Assembly: GCA_951406725.2 (NCBI GenBank)
Contig: OX597822.1
Location: 98,704,001 to 98,768,000 of the forward strand
Direction of reading: 5' to 3'
DNA: 64,000 nucleotides
Source: Octopus vulgaris
Lineage: Eukaryota
Shown in pieces: positions 1 through 13,419 of this stretch. Position 1 is the first letter of the stretch; every line of letters begins with the position of its first letter. Under the pieces are notes generated by a model. It saw nothing but the letters and a program-made list of their open reading frames with translations. It was not told the origin of the DNA and did no database searches. Both the position numbers and the translations under genes were made by a program.

Positions 1-4
1 ACTG

Positions 5-35
<31 letters not shown>

Positions 36-305
36 GATTAAACGAAAATTTAACTCGCAAAACTATGATGAACTATATATACAAGAAGAGGTAGTAAATG
101 ACATTAAACAGTTAGGGCTTCGGACCATCCGTCGGCAGCTGCTGAAGGAGTATGGTCACGTTGCTTCTATTTTGTCATGTGTATCTTGTTTATACTTATC
201 TATACTATTTCATGGTAGCGCCTCGCAATTAAATGTTTATTCCATATTTATGATAATTTTCAGCAAGTCCTTGGGCAAAAATTTCTACAATAGCCTCGGG
301 TCAAC

Positions 306-342
306 AAAAGCATTGTGAGTGAAATTGGTAGACGTATGTATG

Positions 343-376
<34 letters not shown>

Positions 377-571
377 TGTATGTATGTATGTACGTACGTA
401 TGTATGTATGTAAGTGTGTGTATGTATGTTAAGTTAAGTTAATTTTTTGGCTTAACTTAACATACATACACACACATACATACATACGTACGTACGTACA
501 TACATACATACATACATACATGCATACATACATACATACATACGTATACCAATTTCACTCACAATGCTTTT
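306..571. repeat. Foldback inverted repeat around a (TATG)n microsatellite
   Basis: AAAAGCATTGTGAGTGAAATTGGTAGACG-(TATG)n-GTTAAGTTAAG (306-438), 12-nt loop, then near reverse complement CTTAACTTAAC-(CATA)n-CGTATACCAATTTCACTCACAATGCTTTT (451-571). Confidence 0.9.
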
Positions 572-584
572 ATATGTATGTATG

Positions 585-618
<34 letters not shown>

Positions 619-663
619 TGTATGTATGTATGTATGTATGTATGTATGTATGTATGTATGTAT

Positions 664-975
664 GAAGGTGCGTTGTTTAGTGGTTCGGGTATTTAACTAA
701 CGATTGTAAGGTTGCAAGTTCATTCCCAGTAACGCGTTGTGTCCTTGAGCAAGACACCTTATTTCACGTCGCTCCAGTGCACTCAGCTGGCAAAGGTGAG
801 TAGTACCTGTATTTCAAGGGGCCGGCCTTGTCACACTCTGTGTCACGCTGAATCTCCCTAAGAACTACATTAGGATTACACGTGTCTGTTGATTGCTCAG
901 TTAATTTCACGAGCAAGCTCTTCCGTTGATCGCATCAGCCGGGCGCCTCGTTGCGTAACCGACGGAGTGCTCCTC
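664..975 (+). mobile_element. tRNA-derived SINE (family D), decayed
   Basis: Head TTTAGTGGTTCGGG...GTTGTGTCCTTGAGCAAGACAC; 3' half (GGCCTTGTCACACTCTGTGTCACGCTGAATCTCC...GTAACCGACGGAGTGC) shared with the copies at 6671-7056 and 17430-17635. Confidence 0.75.
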
Positions 976-1483
976 ATGTATGTGTATGCGTGCATATATG
1001 TGTGTATGTATGTGATTGCATGAGTGTGTCTTTGCGTGTGTGTATAAACATACCTGCATATTTATACACTCACACAGACACACACAATCAGACACATACT
1101 CATACACGCACACAAACACACACATGTTTACACAATGCTCATACACACATGTCTCTACGTACGTACCGTCTCTTTAGAGGCGTATTCTTACTCTCCTGTA
1201 TTTCAAATGCTTGTTTGTAAGAGACTGAAAATGTAATTTACCCATTTGGTATGTTCTCATTGTTATAAATTTGAAACAATCACTTGCTACGGTTTCTTAT
1301 ACCATTCGGTATGTATTACAACCACTTTACATTGAATTATGGTATCCTGAAATTGGAAAAATCTATGGAAATTTAGTGTGTGTGTGTGTGTGTACACACA
1401 GATATATATATATATATATATATATATTTTCGGAAATATCATTTTTTGGACAAAAACAAATTTTCTCTATCAAGGTCTGTACC

Positions 1484-1500
1484 ATGCTCTTAGCGCTAAA
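1484..1500 (+). CDS. Candidate first coding exon of a putative small host gene (MLLAL, phase 2)
   Basis: ACCATG start, strong donor AAA|GTAAGT at 1501, upstream acceptor-like TTTTCTCTATCAAG|; phase-compatible with 9040-9155. Hand-predicted, no homology evidence. Confidence 0.25.
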
Positions 1501-3092
1501 GTAAGTGAAGACATATTGCGTTGTTCTCACATTAGCTCATATAGTGTACAAAGAATGTGCGAAAGTAATAGAAATACGAGGAAACCATCAAGGAAACAGA
1601 AGTCGTTACATAATAAATGATGATGTAAAGATCTGGTATAGTGTATTTTGCGTCTATTTGCCTTTAATAATAATCTATGTTGGCACATCTGATGAATCGA
1701 CATCAAAGTTTTATTAGAAATTATTACTGATATTGTTGCTTAGTACCAGGTCATCTCTCACCAAGTTGATATATGCTCAATAAATATTCCAGCCATGGCC
1801 TTCTCACCTTTCCTGTTAGCATCGAATACAGCCCATATCATAGTAATGATACAGGAGTCTTCTCGTTTCACCGTTACTTGTGTCTGTTCTCAAAGTTCGA
1901 ATATCATTGGAAGAATGACTCACCTACTAAAAGCAAATTCTTAATTCAAATTTTGCACAAGGCCAATAATTTGGGGGGAGTGGGTAAGCCGATTACGTCG
2001 ACACCGTTGATCCACCGATAGTTTTTTTTTTTTTGAGCCCGAAAGAATGAAAGGTAAAGTCAAGCTTAGTGGAATCTTTGCTCACAACGTGAAGAAGGAC
2101 AAAATGGCGCTAACCATTTTGCCTGGCATGTTGACGAATCTACCACTTCGCCGCCTTCCCAAAGGCTAATATGAAATACCAGTAATATTTAAGAGACATT
2201 TTAATCAATACCTAGTCAGTCTGTTAAACTAGCTTTTCATTTTACCAGGAACTTTCACGGGAGTTCGTAGATAGTTACAGGAACTAATAAGTTCTAGTAG
2301 TTAAATACTGACATATTGCTAAATAAAGACAGAAGCTTAAATTAATGTAATTCTATGCTAAATTAAATGTCTTAAATGAATTGTTATTAATATGATTATA
2401 GCATTTCAGATCATTAAACTCTTATTCAGAAATAAATTATTTTCTAAATGTTTGTTTCTAGTCTACTACTCGCGTTTATCTACGTTCAATTAGTTACTTT
2501 ATTCCTGTATAGTTATAGGCATTTTGTTCATTTGTAGCAACTATATCCATATCAACGAATCAGTTATCTACTGACTAACCACTTGATGGTTTTATTCGTA
2601 ACATATTTACAGCTTTGAAAGTCGTTAAGTTTGTGTCCGTGGAAATAAAACCAATATCATTAAAAAATGATATTTTTTTAAACACTAAATTTTCATGCTA
2701 ATATCTTCGAAATATAATCAGCGGGTCTCAAGACTATTGAACCAAATAACCATTGATCTTCATATGTTCGGAACAAATATCAGAACTGCATCAACATCAA
2801 CGTCATTAAATTATACTTGCTTCTGAAACATATATACTAACATTAAAACAATGAACAGATTACCACAGTTCGTGTACAAGATTGGCATACGGATTTCAAA
2901 AGGTGACATAGTGTCGTCTGAGTCGCATAGAACCAGTAAAGATATAAACATTCATAGATTAATTGTATTTTCTTACTGGCAACGAAATGGTTCATTTCAT
3001 CTGAAATGATATACAATATTTAATGTAGTGAGTCTCTTGTGCCACCCAGTTGGTCTATCATAAAAGAAAGTTATGTTTATTTATATAAGCAT

Positions 3093-3482
3093 ACTCTTTT
3101 ACTCTCTCTTTTACTTGTTTCAGTCATTTGACTGCGGCCATGCTGGAGCACCGCCTTTAGTCGAGAAAACCGATCCTAGGACTTATTCTTTGTACGCCTA
3201 GTACTTATTCTATCGGTCTCTTTTGCCGAACCGCTAAGTGACGGGGACGTAAACACACCGCAATCGGTTGTCAAGCGATGTTGAGGGGACAAACACAGAC
3301 ACACATACATATATATATATATATGTATACGATGGGCTTCTTTCAGTTTCCTTCTACCAAATCCACTCACAAGGCATTGGTCAGGCCGAGGCTATAGTAG
3401 AAGACACTTGCCCAAGGTGCCACGCAGTAGGACTGAACCCGGAACCATGTGGTTGTTTAGCAAGCTACTTACCACACAGCCA
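3093..3482 (-). mobile_element. tRNA-derived SINE (family B) with internal (TA)n
   Basis: Reverse complement matches the copies at 18722-19143 and 30046-30460 (GGTTCCGGGTTCAGTCC...CCAGCATGGCCGCAGTCAAATGACTGAAACAAG tail). Confidence 0.85.
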
Positions 3483-5449
3483 TTTGCTTTCAAGAGTATA
3501 TCTTAGTAAATAAGATTAACAGAGATAAGTCAGTTCTTATATCCAGTAAAGTTTAAGTTCATGCCTGTAAACCAACAAATTCACTTGCCAATTTGACGGA
3601 GTCTATTGCGATTGATACATTGAACTAGTTTAAAGTTAGTGGTACCAGTTTTCAGTTGAGGTAACTGGATTGTTTTGAAACTAAAGGGTCTTATCAACTT
3701 ATGTCACCTTAGTGGCATAAGTTGAAAGGTTCGCGTATCTTCTGATTCTCTTGTAGTTTCCTATTTTCATTTGATCAACCGATTTGCCACTAATTTGAGA
3801 TTCCTTTCACTGGGAACATAAGTAGGCGCTTGTAGAGGTCATATTTTCCTAGATATTTAAGTGCAGTAAAATGACTCATTTTGAAATGCAATCCACACAC
3901 AAGTGTACATTCCCTAACACTTCACATTGTTCCGTCTAAAGGGAGCTATAAACGAGACATTTGCAACATGTGATTTAAAGAGATTTGGCTTCCTCATTGG
4001 GAATAACAAATTTTCTATTTAGTTTCAAGACGGTCCACTGAATAGGTATTCAAATCATAAGCGTCCTTGGAAAAGATCAATTCAGATTACATTGTTGAAT
4101 GTTTCCCGATCTAAAGACGATATGTGAGGGGGTTGTTTACCAGCTAACTTTGCATGCATTCTTACTATTTCACGCCGTTAGCGTTACTGCAAGGCGATTC
4201 CTCGTTTTAAATATAATCATTCAGAGCATTTTAACAATTTGTAAGGATATTAACTGGCAGTAGTTATACAATTGTGATGGCGATATACACCCAACGTTTA
4301 AGGCGGTGAGCCGGATGAATGTTTACAGTGTGGGACAAAATACTTAGCACTATTTCTCTCGGCACTTTACGTTCTGAGTTCAAATACTGCCGAGGTCGAC
4401 TTTATGTTTCGTCCTTTCGGAATCAATGAAATAAATACCAGTTGAGAACTGAGGTCCAAATTTCAGGCATTGTAGGTATTGTAAAAAGGATATCTGCATA
4501 ATGTTTCTTTTGCTAATGATCGCCTCCAGTTTATAATAACTACGTTGTCCTATTTCCACGAAGTAATCTACACAAGACTCGAACATATTTCTATATTGAT
4601 TCGGTCTAGAAATGCTGTCTCCACAATATTCGTAGCTCGTCCGAAATGGTGAAAAAGACGGGGCGAATGTTACCGGGTGATATTATATTTGACAGGTTGA
4701 CTCTATTTATAATACTATGTCTATGTTTATACTGATACGAATTTATATTTATACTCGGTTGCTCATTTTTTCTGGTAGATTCAAATAGTTTTTCTCAAAC
4801 CCAACGGTAGATATCAACTATTCAAAAAGTAACAAAAACACTTCCGATATTTTCTGCACTAACTTCCTCTCTTCTCTCTCCCTTTCTCTCACTTGTTCTC
4901 TATGTAAACAACAGTTTCCCCATCTACGTATATTCACACTCAGTCACACACATGCGTGTACACACACTTATATAGGGGGTCGTGTATGTGTGTATTTATC
5001 TGTAGCGTACATACAGATATAGGCATGTAGGTAATATATGCTTTTAGATACACACAGACACACACAAACATAAACGCACAAATACATATACAGAGGTGAA
5101 TATAGATATACGTACATACATGTGTGTGTGTGTATATATCTATATTTATATATGTATATATATGTGTGTGTGTATATAGATATATATATAAGTATATATA
5201 CATATATATATATACACACATATTTGTATATATACGTATATCTATCCATCTATCCATCTATATATGCGTATGTGGGTGTATATGCGTGTATCCGTGGGGT
5301 TGTGGGTGTTAGGTGTGTGCATTCGTGTGCGTGTGTGCGTGCGTATGTGTGCGGATTATTTAGATTTTGTCTATATTCTAGACCACTGGATTTAAATTGA
5401 TATTAATCAAAATAATATTCAATTTTTCAGCCTTGTTATTTTAAATTTA

Positions 5450-5496
5450 TTTATATATATACATGTATATTTATATGCATGTATATATTTATAGAC

Positions 5497-5591
<95 letters not shown>

Positions 5592-5670
5592 CATATACAT
5601 ATGTATATACATTTATATATGTATATGTATGTTTTATATGTATGTATATATATATGTATGTATGTATATT
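5450..5670. repeat. (TA)n / (TATG)n microsatellite
   Basis: Long TA run ~5498-5587 with degenerate flanks; source of the poly-IY ORFs. Confidence 0.95.
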
Positions 5671-6670
5671 TGTGTCTGTGTGCTTGTACCCCCACAATCC
5701 CTTGACAACCGATGTCGCTGTGTTTACGTCTCCGTAACGTAGTTGTTTGGCAAAACTCCGACAGAATAAGTACTAGACTGTAAAAGAATAAATCCTCGGG
5801 CTGGTTTCTTCGACTAAATACGGTGCTCCAGCAGGTCCGCACTTACATGATCGAATCAAGTAAAGCAATAAGAAACTGTGTCATTTTAATCCCGAGCAAC
5901 GCCGGGTATCTCTTCTAATGTATGTGTGTGTGTGTGTGTGTGTGTGTGAATGTGTGTGTGTTTGTTAGCTATCATTCGCAATCGAGTGGAAAGGAAACGG
6001 AGATAAATGGAGACAGAAAGGTACTTAATGTTCCCGCAACGGAAATATAGGGAAGAAAAATTTGTTAATTGCTACTACATCTGTTAATGACAGAAAAGTT
6101 ATAAATATATATTCGATAGTAAATGTAGAGAAAATATTGGATTGTGTGATATAAATTTTTGATATAACTTCTAAAAATTTTTTTAGTCTCTTCTCAGTTC
6201 TGTAACAGGCATTCATCACCATTTCTCTCATATGACTTAGAACACCTTTAAACTTTTCGATGTTCTGTCTCCGAAAGCGTCTGGCCTGGTGGTTAGGGTG
6301 TACTGGGTAGAGCATTGTGTCCTTGATCAAAACACATCATGTCTCGTCATTTCAATCTACTCTGCTATATATGAGCAAAAGCGGGAACTGATGCAAACTC
6401 CTTTTCTTCCAGAGTTGCATCCTGTTTCTTTACGGCAAAAGAATTTCAAATTCCTCATTAACACAAAATTGCTTAAAACGCCTTTCATTAAGGGCGTTAT
6501 ATTAAATAAAACGTGGAAATTGTTGATGCTGACAAAAAGGAGCTTGTTTTAGGTTGTCACCCGTGCACTTTGCAGCCAACTATTCTCTATCACATATAAA
6601 ATGTTCATATTCAAAATACATGCTTCAATTTCTTTCCTTCTTCTTATATATGTTTCTTTACTAAGTCTTA

Positions 6671-7056
6671 TGTGGAAGCACTCTGTCGGTTACGACGACG
6701 AGGGTTCCGGTTGATCCGAATGAACAGAACAGCCTGCTCGTGAAATTAACGTGTAAGTGGCTGAGCACTCCACAGACACGTGTACCCTTAACGTAGTTCT
6801 CGGGGATATTCAGCGTGACACAGAGAGTGACAAGGCCGGCCCTTTGAAATACAGGTACAACAGAAACAGGAAGTAAGAGTGAGAGAAAGTTGTGGTGAAA
6901 GAGTACTGCAGGGATCACCACCATCCCTGCCGGAGCCTCGTGGAGCTTTAGGTGTTTTCGCTCAATAAACACTCACAACGCCCGGTCTGGGAATCGAAAC
7001 CGCGATCCTACGACCGCGAGTCCGCTGCCCTAACTACTGGGCCATTGCGCCTCCAC
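6671..7056 (-). mobile_element. tRNA-derived SINE (family C), near full length, with TSD
   Basis: Minus-strand head GTGGAGGCGCAATGGCCCAGTAGTTAGGGCAGCGGACTCGCGG...GGTTTCGATTCCC (Pol III A/B boxes); flanking direct repeat ACTAAGTCTTAT (6660-6671) / ACTAATTCTTAT (7057-7068). Confidence 0.85.
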
Positions 7057-7735
7057 ACTAATTCTTATACAAGCGCATTCTCAATAACCCTGAATCAATA
7101 TTTGTTTCAGTGGAATGTGACATAGGTCTTTGGATACTTTCTCTGTAGATTGAAAATGAACAGTATAAAAGTGTCGTTCGGCTAAAGTTTCAAGAATGCA
7201 ATAGCCTCTTGGAGATTGATTGCATCTATACACAAAACAGAAGTTAATTTACAGCGAAAAACCAACTCTAAAATTGTAATTAATTGCTCGCAATCATGTT
7301 CAGACATTTCATTTTGTCTTCATTTGACCGTTTTTCTGGAAATGGAGTATTTTGTTTCAGGTGAACCATAATTTTCTTGAGGAGAAATTCTGCCGCACAA
7401 ACAAGTATTTCAAGATTAAGAAAACGCTTGCCAGTAATCTATGAATCAACTCCTTTAGCAAGAAGTTCGGGCGGTGGGGAGCAAATATATGATCTCTAGT
7501 GTTTTGATATGAGTAACTTAAAACGTTCTGCAAGAAACCAACTGATTTTGTCAATTAATCTTCAATTTTTTTCTCAGGAAATCTTTTTTAGAATTAGGCC
7601 TTAATTGGATGTTATACTTCCACAGAAGACAAAGCTCACATTTCGAACCGCTTGAATTGTTAGCATAACAATTTCTGAGCGTAACATTTCCAATTATAGT
7701 TAAATAGCTAAATATTTGAGAAACTTCTAACAGCA

Positions 7736-7736
<1 letters not shown>

Positions 7737-7822
<86 letters not shown>
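7737..7822. repeat. (GT)n microsatellite
   Basis: Perfect GT run of about 85 bp. Confidence 0.97.
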
Positions 7823-7823
<1 letters not shown>

Positions 7824-8630
7824 ATGAAATAATTAGACATCGACACCAAATAAAATTTTGATAAAGTTACGAAGGCTATTGCATATATATTATCAAATGG
7901 ATTTGTTCTTCAATCGTCTTAAACGTGAAACTCAGTAAAGGTTTCAAAACTCTTCAGAGTATAATATAATTTGTATATATACATATATGTGTGCGTGTGC
8001 ACGTGTTTTCACATATGTATCTATATATACATGCATTACATACATACATATATACGTACATACATACATACATACATACTTACATACATACACACATACA
8101 CACACACATATGTATCTATATATACATGCATTACATACATACATATATACGTACATACATACAGACATACATACATACATACACACACACATAAATACAT
8201 ACATACATACATACATACATACATACATACATACATACATACAGTGTGCGAGCAACAATGATATATCTTATTATCTACATATACATTTTCGGCACTTATG
8301 TATGCGTGTATGTCTTTGAATTAAGATGCCAGCGTTACTGTTTACCGTCGTCTCATATGCTACAATTTTAACATTCAGAAACCAAAAAGTAAACAGCTAA
8401 ATAATTAGAAAATGTCGTTCCCAGTATGTTTCTTGACCGAAATTCTTGTTTATTCAACAGATGAAAACCTAATTCGAAATTACATACTTATATGTTTGTA
8501 TGTATGCGCGCGTAAATTTGTATGTAAATATATATCTTTGTGTTGATACACACACACACACACACGCACACACACATATTCATACCTACAAAATACATAC
8601 ATATATGCATGCATATATGTATGTATTATT

Positions 8631-8862
8631 AAGGCGGCGAGCTGGCAGAAACGTTAGCACGCCGGGAGAAATGCGTAGCGTATTTCGTCTGGCGTTACGT
8701 TCTGGGTTCAAATTTCGCCGAGGTCGACTTTGCCTTTCATCCTTTCGGGGTCGATAAATTAAGTACCAGTTACGCACTGGAGTCGATATAATCGACTTAA
8801 TCCGTTTATCTGTCCTTGTTTGTCCCCTCTGTGTTTAGCCCCTTGTGGGTAGTAAAGAAATA
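8631..8862 (+). mobile_element. tRNA-derived SINE (family A)
   Basis: AAGGCGGCGAGCTGGCAGAAACGTTAG (A box)...GGTTCAAATTTCGCC (B box)...GACTTTGCCTTTCATCCTTTCGGGGTCGATAAA core...GGGTAGTAAAGAAAT tail; more than 10 copies in the window. Confidence 0.9.
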
Positions 8863-9039
8863 TATATGCATGTATACACACATACATATATCAAAGCGAC
8901 AAGTCACGTATTTGGAGTGGGAAACTACTTATCGAAAATACGATGAATACTGTCTCCAGCTTTAGAGCCACGACTGTCAGCCCTGTTAAATAACTGGTTA
9001 TGTTCAGATGAATTAACTGAGGGAGTCTTTTATTTATAG

Positions 9040-9155
9040 CCGTTGGGATTTTCGACTCAAACTTGAATTTATCATGCAGAGAGTTACTACAGACAACATG
9101 GCTTGGCACAACAACAACACAACGGAGGCACAGAACGAAAACAACAGCTCGACAG
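9040..9155 (+). CDS. Candidate internal exon (RWDFRLKLEFIMQRVTTDNMAWHNNNTTEAQNENNSST)
   Basis: Acceptor TTTTATTTATAG|, donor CAG|GTAAAC, unique non-repeat sequence; two of three frames are open, so the frame is ambiguous. Confidence 0.35.
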
Positions 9156-9789
9156 GTAAACAGATTTTTGCTAACTGTACAAGAAACCGTAATTACAAAC
9201 TCGTTTTTCTTGGAGTTGTGAATTGAATAATGATTATTTAACTGCTAAAAAAAGAGCGAAACAAAACCACCCCGCTGTTGGCTATATGAATCGATTGAAA
9301 TCATATTGGGACAACCTGCATCCAGAATTGAATCATTTTACTTCGAAGCAATAAGGCCAACAAGCAGAATTTGTGGAACATAGGAAGAAAGTAAGTGATT
9401 GTAACTTTATTAAGATAAAAGATCTGAAATTGACCTTCTTCTCAACACTGTAAACGAAAATGTAAACGTGAATGATATGAGAATACTACGTAGTTTTGCA
9501 GTTAGCGACATTTTAACAGATTCTATACTCCCTATCAGCTAAACTTCATTAGTGGCCAGAGTAACTGACCACTGTCCTTGTTATATCCTTATACCTCCAA
9601 TATCGTAGTACGGTTGATTTTGTCAACGATAGATAAACAATACACTGTAACAGTGTTATAGCAATACAAAATAGAAACAGCGTTAGTAACAAACACGCAA
9701 CGAACCAATAATCAATATTTCCAACACACTAACTCGAACTGTAAAATGTACTTGGACTTCGAAGACGATACTACGAACTGCCGACTACG

Positions 9790-10390
9790 TCATTGTTGTA
9801 GTGGTCGAGTAAACGTTGGTAGGCCTCAAGAGGTTTGCGCTTATGCTCTGCAGCAAGCTCTCTTGGTACTCATCGTGCACAAACTTTATGGAAGCCGAGC
9901 GCATCTTGACTAATCTGCAGAGAACGAGGTACCTAATCGATGATAATTCACCGGTTCACAATTACCATCTCTCGAGCTTGCTGAATCTTCTCATAAGTGG
10001 TGGAGGTTGACAGGCGGCCTCCTCTCTCTTCATGAGTCATGGTTGTCCGGTCACTTTTAAACTTCTCAATCCACTCATACACACTTCTACGTGCTAATGC
10101 ACTGTACCTGTATTGCAGTAAAAGCTTCCGATGAATTTCTGCACCTGACATACCTTCCGACCAGAGAAATCGGATCACTGCTCTTTGTTCTTCTTTGGTG
10201 CACACTGCTAGTGGAACGACCACGCTTACTCTGTAAAGCCAGAAAGAAAAAAATGTCGCGATCAGGCTCAAACTTCGATCACGTGACCGCAATAGTACCA
10301 ACTATAAGTATGTATGCGTAGACGAAAGTGTGACAATAATAATAAAAATAATGTTATGGCGAAAGTACGGATAATTTTTGACTTACCCTC

Positions 10391-10392
<2 letters not shown>
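9790..10392 (-). mobile_element. Mariner (Tc1/mariner) transposon 5' remnant
   Basis: ORF 9948-10301 (EQRAVIRFLWSEG...SVYEWIEKFK...GR) is a mariner HTH N-terminus; downstream LGFHKVCAR*VPREL (WVPxEL motif with stop); TIR-like TATGAGGGTAAGTCAAAAATTATCCG at the right end, next to TA. Confidence 0.85.
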
Positions 10393-10460
<68 letters not shown>

Positions 10461-10480
10461 CTGTGTTTCTTTTCTGTGTA

Positions 10481-10518
10481 TCTTTCTGTTGAAGAGCGTA
10501 GGCTCGAAACGTAAAAGA
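10481..10518 (+). ncRNA. Minimal type-I hammerhead-like motif (atypical CUGUUGA core) in a (TA/GT)-flanked pLTR-like repeat
   Basis: TCTTT-CTGTTGA-A-GAGC(GTAG)GCTC-GAA-ACGT-A-AAAGA: stem I TCTTT/AAAGA, stem II, palindromic stem III; second copy at 46366-46401. Confidence 0.55.
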
Positions 10519-10615
10519 CTTGTTTTTATTTATATTCCTGAGCGCCATACTAATACAATTGTTTGTTTGTATTCCACCTGCCTTCGTCTTTTGTGTATTT
10601 TCATAAAGCTTCCCG

Positions 10616-10648
<33 letters not shown>

Positions 10649-10653
10649 TGTAT

Positions 10654-10708
<55 letters not shown>

Positions 10709-13130
10709 TGTATGTCTAACAATTTATTTATTTATATGTGTGTGTCTGTGTTTTTTGTGTGTGTGTGATTGCATGTAAGTATAAACAATTTAACATTAAA
10801 TTGAAGGGCTACTTATTAATTATTTTGTAGAGGATATGCTTAGTAACTTTTACAAAGTAAAGTCTGAGACTAATTTCGAACTTTGGACTGGCTCGTTCTC
10901 ATCATAGTATACGTTATAATTTACTTGCATCACTTTTGGCTTTAAATGCTCATTGATGAGTTTGCTTCTTTTTTTATGGGGAGTAGAGGGAACTATGTAA
11001 ACGATAATTAGATTTTCTGAAGGTAGACCGGAGGAATGGTTGCATAAGAAGCAGAGACAGAGGAGGAAAATAGGAAAATTATTTGTTTGTTGGGTGTTGG
11101 CCGATAGAAAGTTGTGTATGTCAATAAATTCGTTTTTCGGTAACATCGAACATAAATATATTATATAAATATATTATAAATGAGAAAAGATTTTCTTAAT
11201 GACCGAAAATAAAAAAAAAAATTCTTCGACATCTTTTCAGAGAACAATATCAGAAATTTTAGCTTATAGCTAACACAACTAAATTTTTGAAGTTGATAAC
11301 AGGATTAAACGTTGATCTAGAAATATTTTTCGGATCAATTCCGAACTACATCTGCAATAACAATGCCTTAGGTTGTTGAATGGTGTCCTAGTCAATCGAT
11401 CTATACCTTTATCTTAAGATAGTGTTGAGGGAAAATGATAGGGTTCAGAGAAATGTGATTGAATAGGAGTTATATACAACATCTCCTTTCAGGTCATAAA
11501 CTAAGGATATACTTTGTCACTGTTGCATAGCATATAGAATCCGAGGGAAAATGTTACATATGTATTCAGGAAAGGAATAGATGATTTACCAAACTAAATC
11601 ATTATATATGAAAAAAATTATATATGAAAAAAATGATTACCATTTCCTTGCTTATAGTTATCCATCGATCTCGAAAGAAAGTATTTTTCTTTAATTTATT
11701 GAAATATTGATGGGTGTTCATCTTAATCTTTGGTATTCAAATATAGTTACTGACATACTGAAGCATAAACGTTCACGCTCATATAAGAATGTTTGAGTAG
11801 GTTTATAATTGCATGAATGTTATTCAAATCTTACTTTTAAAATTTCTACTCAATAGAGGAAAAAGCTGGTTTCTAAACTCGGAACATCGTTACTTTATTG
11901 GAATTTAATACCATCGACCATACCTATTCATGCGTATAGGTATGCATGCATGAATGTATTTATGAACGAACGAACGAATGAATGAATGAACCAATCAATT
12001 AATCAATCCATGAGTGAACGGGCGAATGAATGTATCATCATAATTTGTATGTGTGCAAATATGTGGATATCGTCGCATATTCTAATCTACATAGAATTAT
12101 GCATTTGTACAAATACATATGCCCATATATTGGCATAAATATCTCTATATATCTTCACCTCTTTCTTTGTACTCATGGCAGATAAAAACACTTCCGGTGT
12201 GATATTTTAATTGATTTATTTAATATGCACTTTTTGGTTTTGTGAAGCTCGCCTTCTCAAAATTGGTGCAGGAAGGTTACTTACGTAACCAGGTACCACG
12301 ATAATTACAGATATATTTCGTTTCATATAGCTCACAAGTATATTGTGTTTTCTAACGCTTTACATTTTCGTTGAGCGTTTTGCCTTTCTCGGCTACGGTC
12401 ATCCACACTATGCATCCCTTAATAAAGGTGTTAAAATCAAGCGATAACTGTGAATAAAAGATTTTAAAGTGAAAAAGGTTCTTACATATGATTGATCTCA
12501 CTCTCTGGATAACGTATACCTTTGCCCAATTAAATATGTTTCCTTTCGATATTTTTTTAGTAAAATTATCACAGTTTTGATTTTCAATGATGACAGAAAT
12601 ATTTTTGTTATTTATGTTTTGCAAGGTTTCCAAAAGTGTATTGAGGAACAGCGCACTGAAACACTTTTATCAACAGTAGTTCTTGTAGTTCTAAAATTAA
12701 CTGGTTTTACTAAATGATCCGAAAATACTATACCTAAACACATGCAACACTGTGCTCTGAATAACGACAGCAAATGTTTGCCACGAAGATCCCAAATGTT
12801 CTTTATTTCTGTCTTTCTATTCAAACGGTTTTCTTCTTCATTACTTCACCACATAATAATTATTGTTTGTTGTTTAAGTTATTAACTGCTTGGCTGAATT
12901 CCAAATTAAATATTCTGTATCATCAATATTTTCCTCCTTGGCCAACATTAGCACTCTCAGTTACATTCTAACTTCCCCTTGCTCAGCTATGTAGTTATTT
13001 TGTTCCCAGTGAAATTTGCATTGTAAATATTTGGCTTTCTGTATTCGATATATCTATCTATCTGTCTGTCTGTCTGTCTATCTATCAATCTATCTATCTA
13101 CCTATCTATCTATCTATCTATCTATCTATG

Positions 13131-13175
<45 letters not shown>

Positions 13176-13200
13176 GTCTGTCTATCTACATATATATATA

Positions 13201-13419
13201 TATATATTAGAAGAAATGAGGTAATCAGAAGATCGGATGGTTCATATTTACAGATATTTATTTATATATTACATTTTTTACATATATATATCATATCATT
13301 CAGATCATTCAATGATCTGAATGATATGATATATATATGTAAAAAATGTAATATATAAATAAATATCTGTAAATATGAACCATCCGATCTTCTGATTACC
13401 TCATTTCTTCTAATATATA
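13201..13419. repeat. Perfect 219-bp palindrome (109-bp arms, 1-nt loop at 13310)
   Basis: TATATATTAGAAGAAATGAGG...CAGATCATT-C-AATGATCTG...CCTCATTTCTTCTAATATATA; the same peptide appears on both strands in the ORF track. Confidence 0.95.

Noticed and set aside
4940-5842. Numerous ORFs rich in IY/YI/CV/TH repeats (also 7944-8319, 21557-22458, 42358-42696, 52275-52600)
   Set aside because: Translations of TA, TG, TATG and TCTA microsatellites that lack stops; not genes.
6975-7056. Possible tRNA genes at SINE heads (also 17430, 42588)
   Set aside because: A/B boxes are present but run straight into SINE bodies; no complete cloverleaf or terminator seen.
7341-7500. Exon after the acceptor TTTTGTTTCAG|
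   Set aside because: Stops occur early in two phases and after 27 codons in the third; no linking evidence.
9349-9390. Extra micro-exon with a strong GTAAGT donor
   Set aside because: It has an in-frame TAG in the phase required by the proposed gene model; it could only fit an alternative frame.
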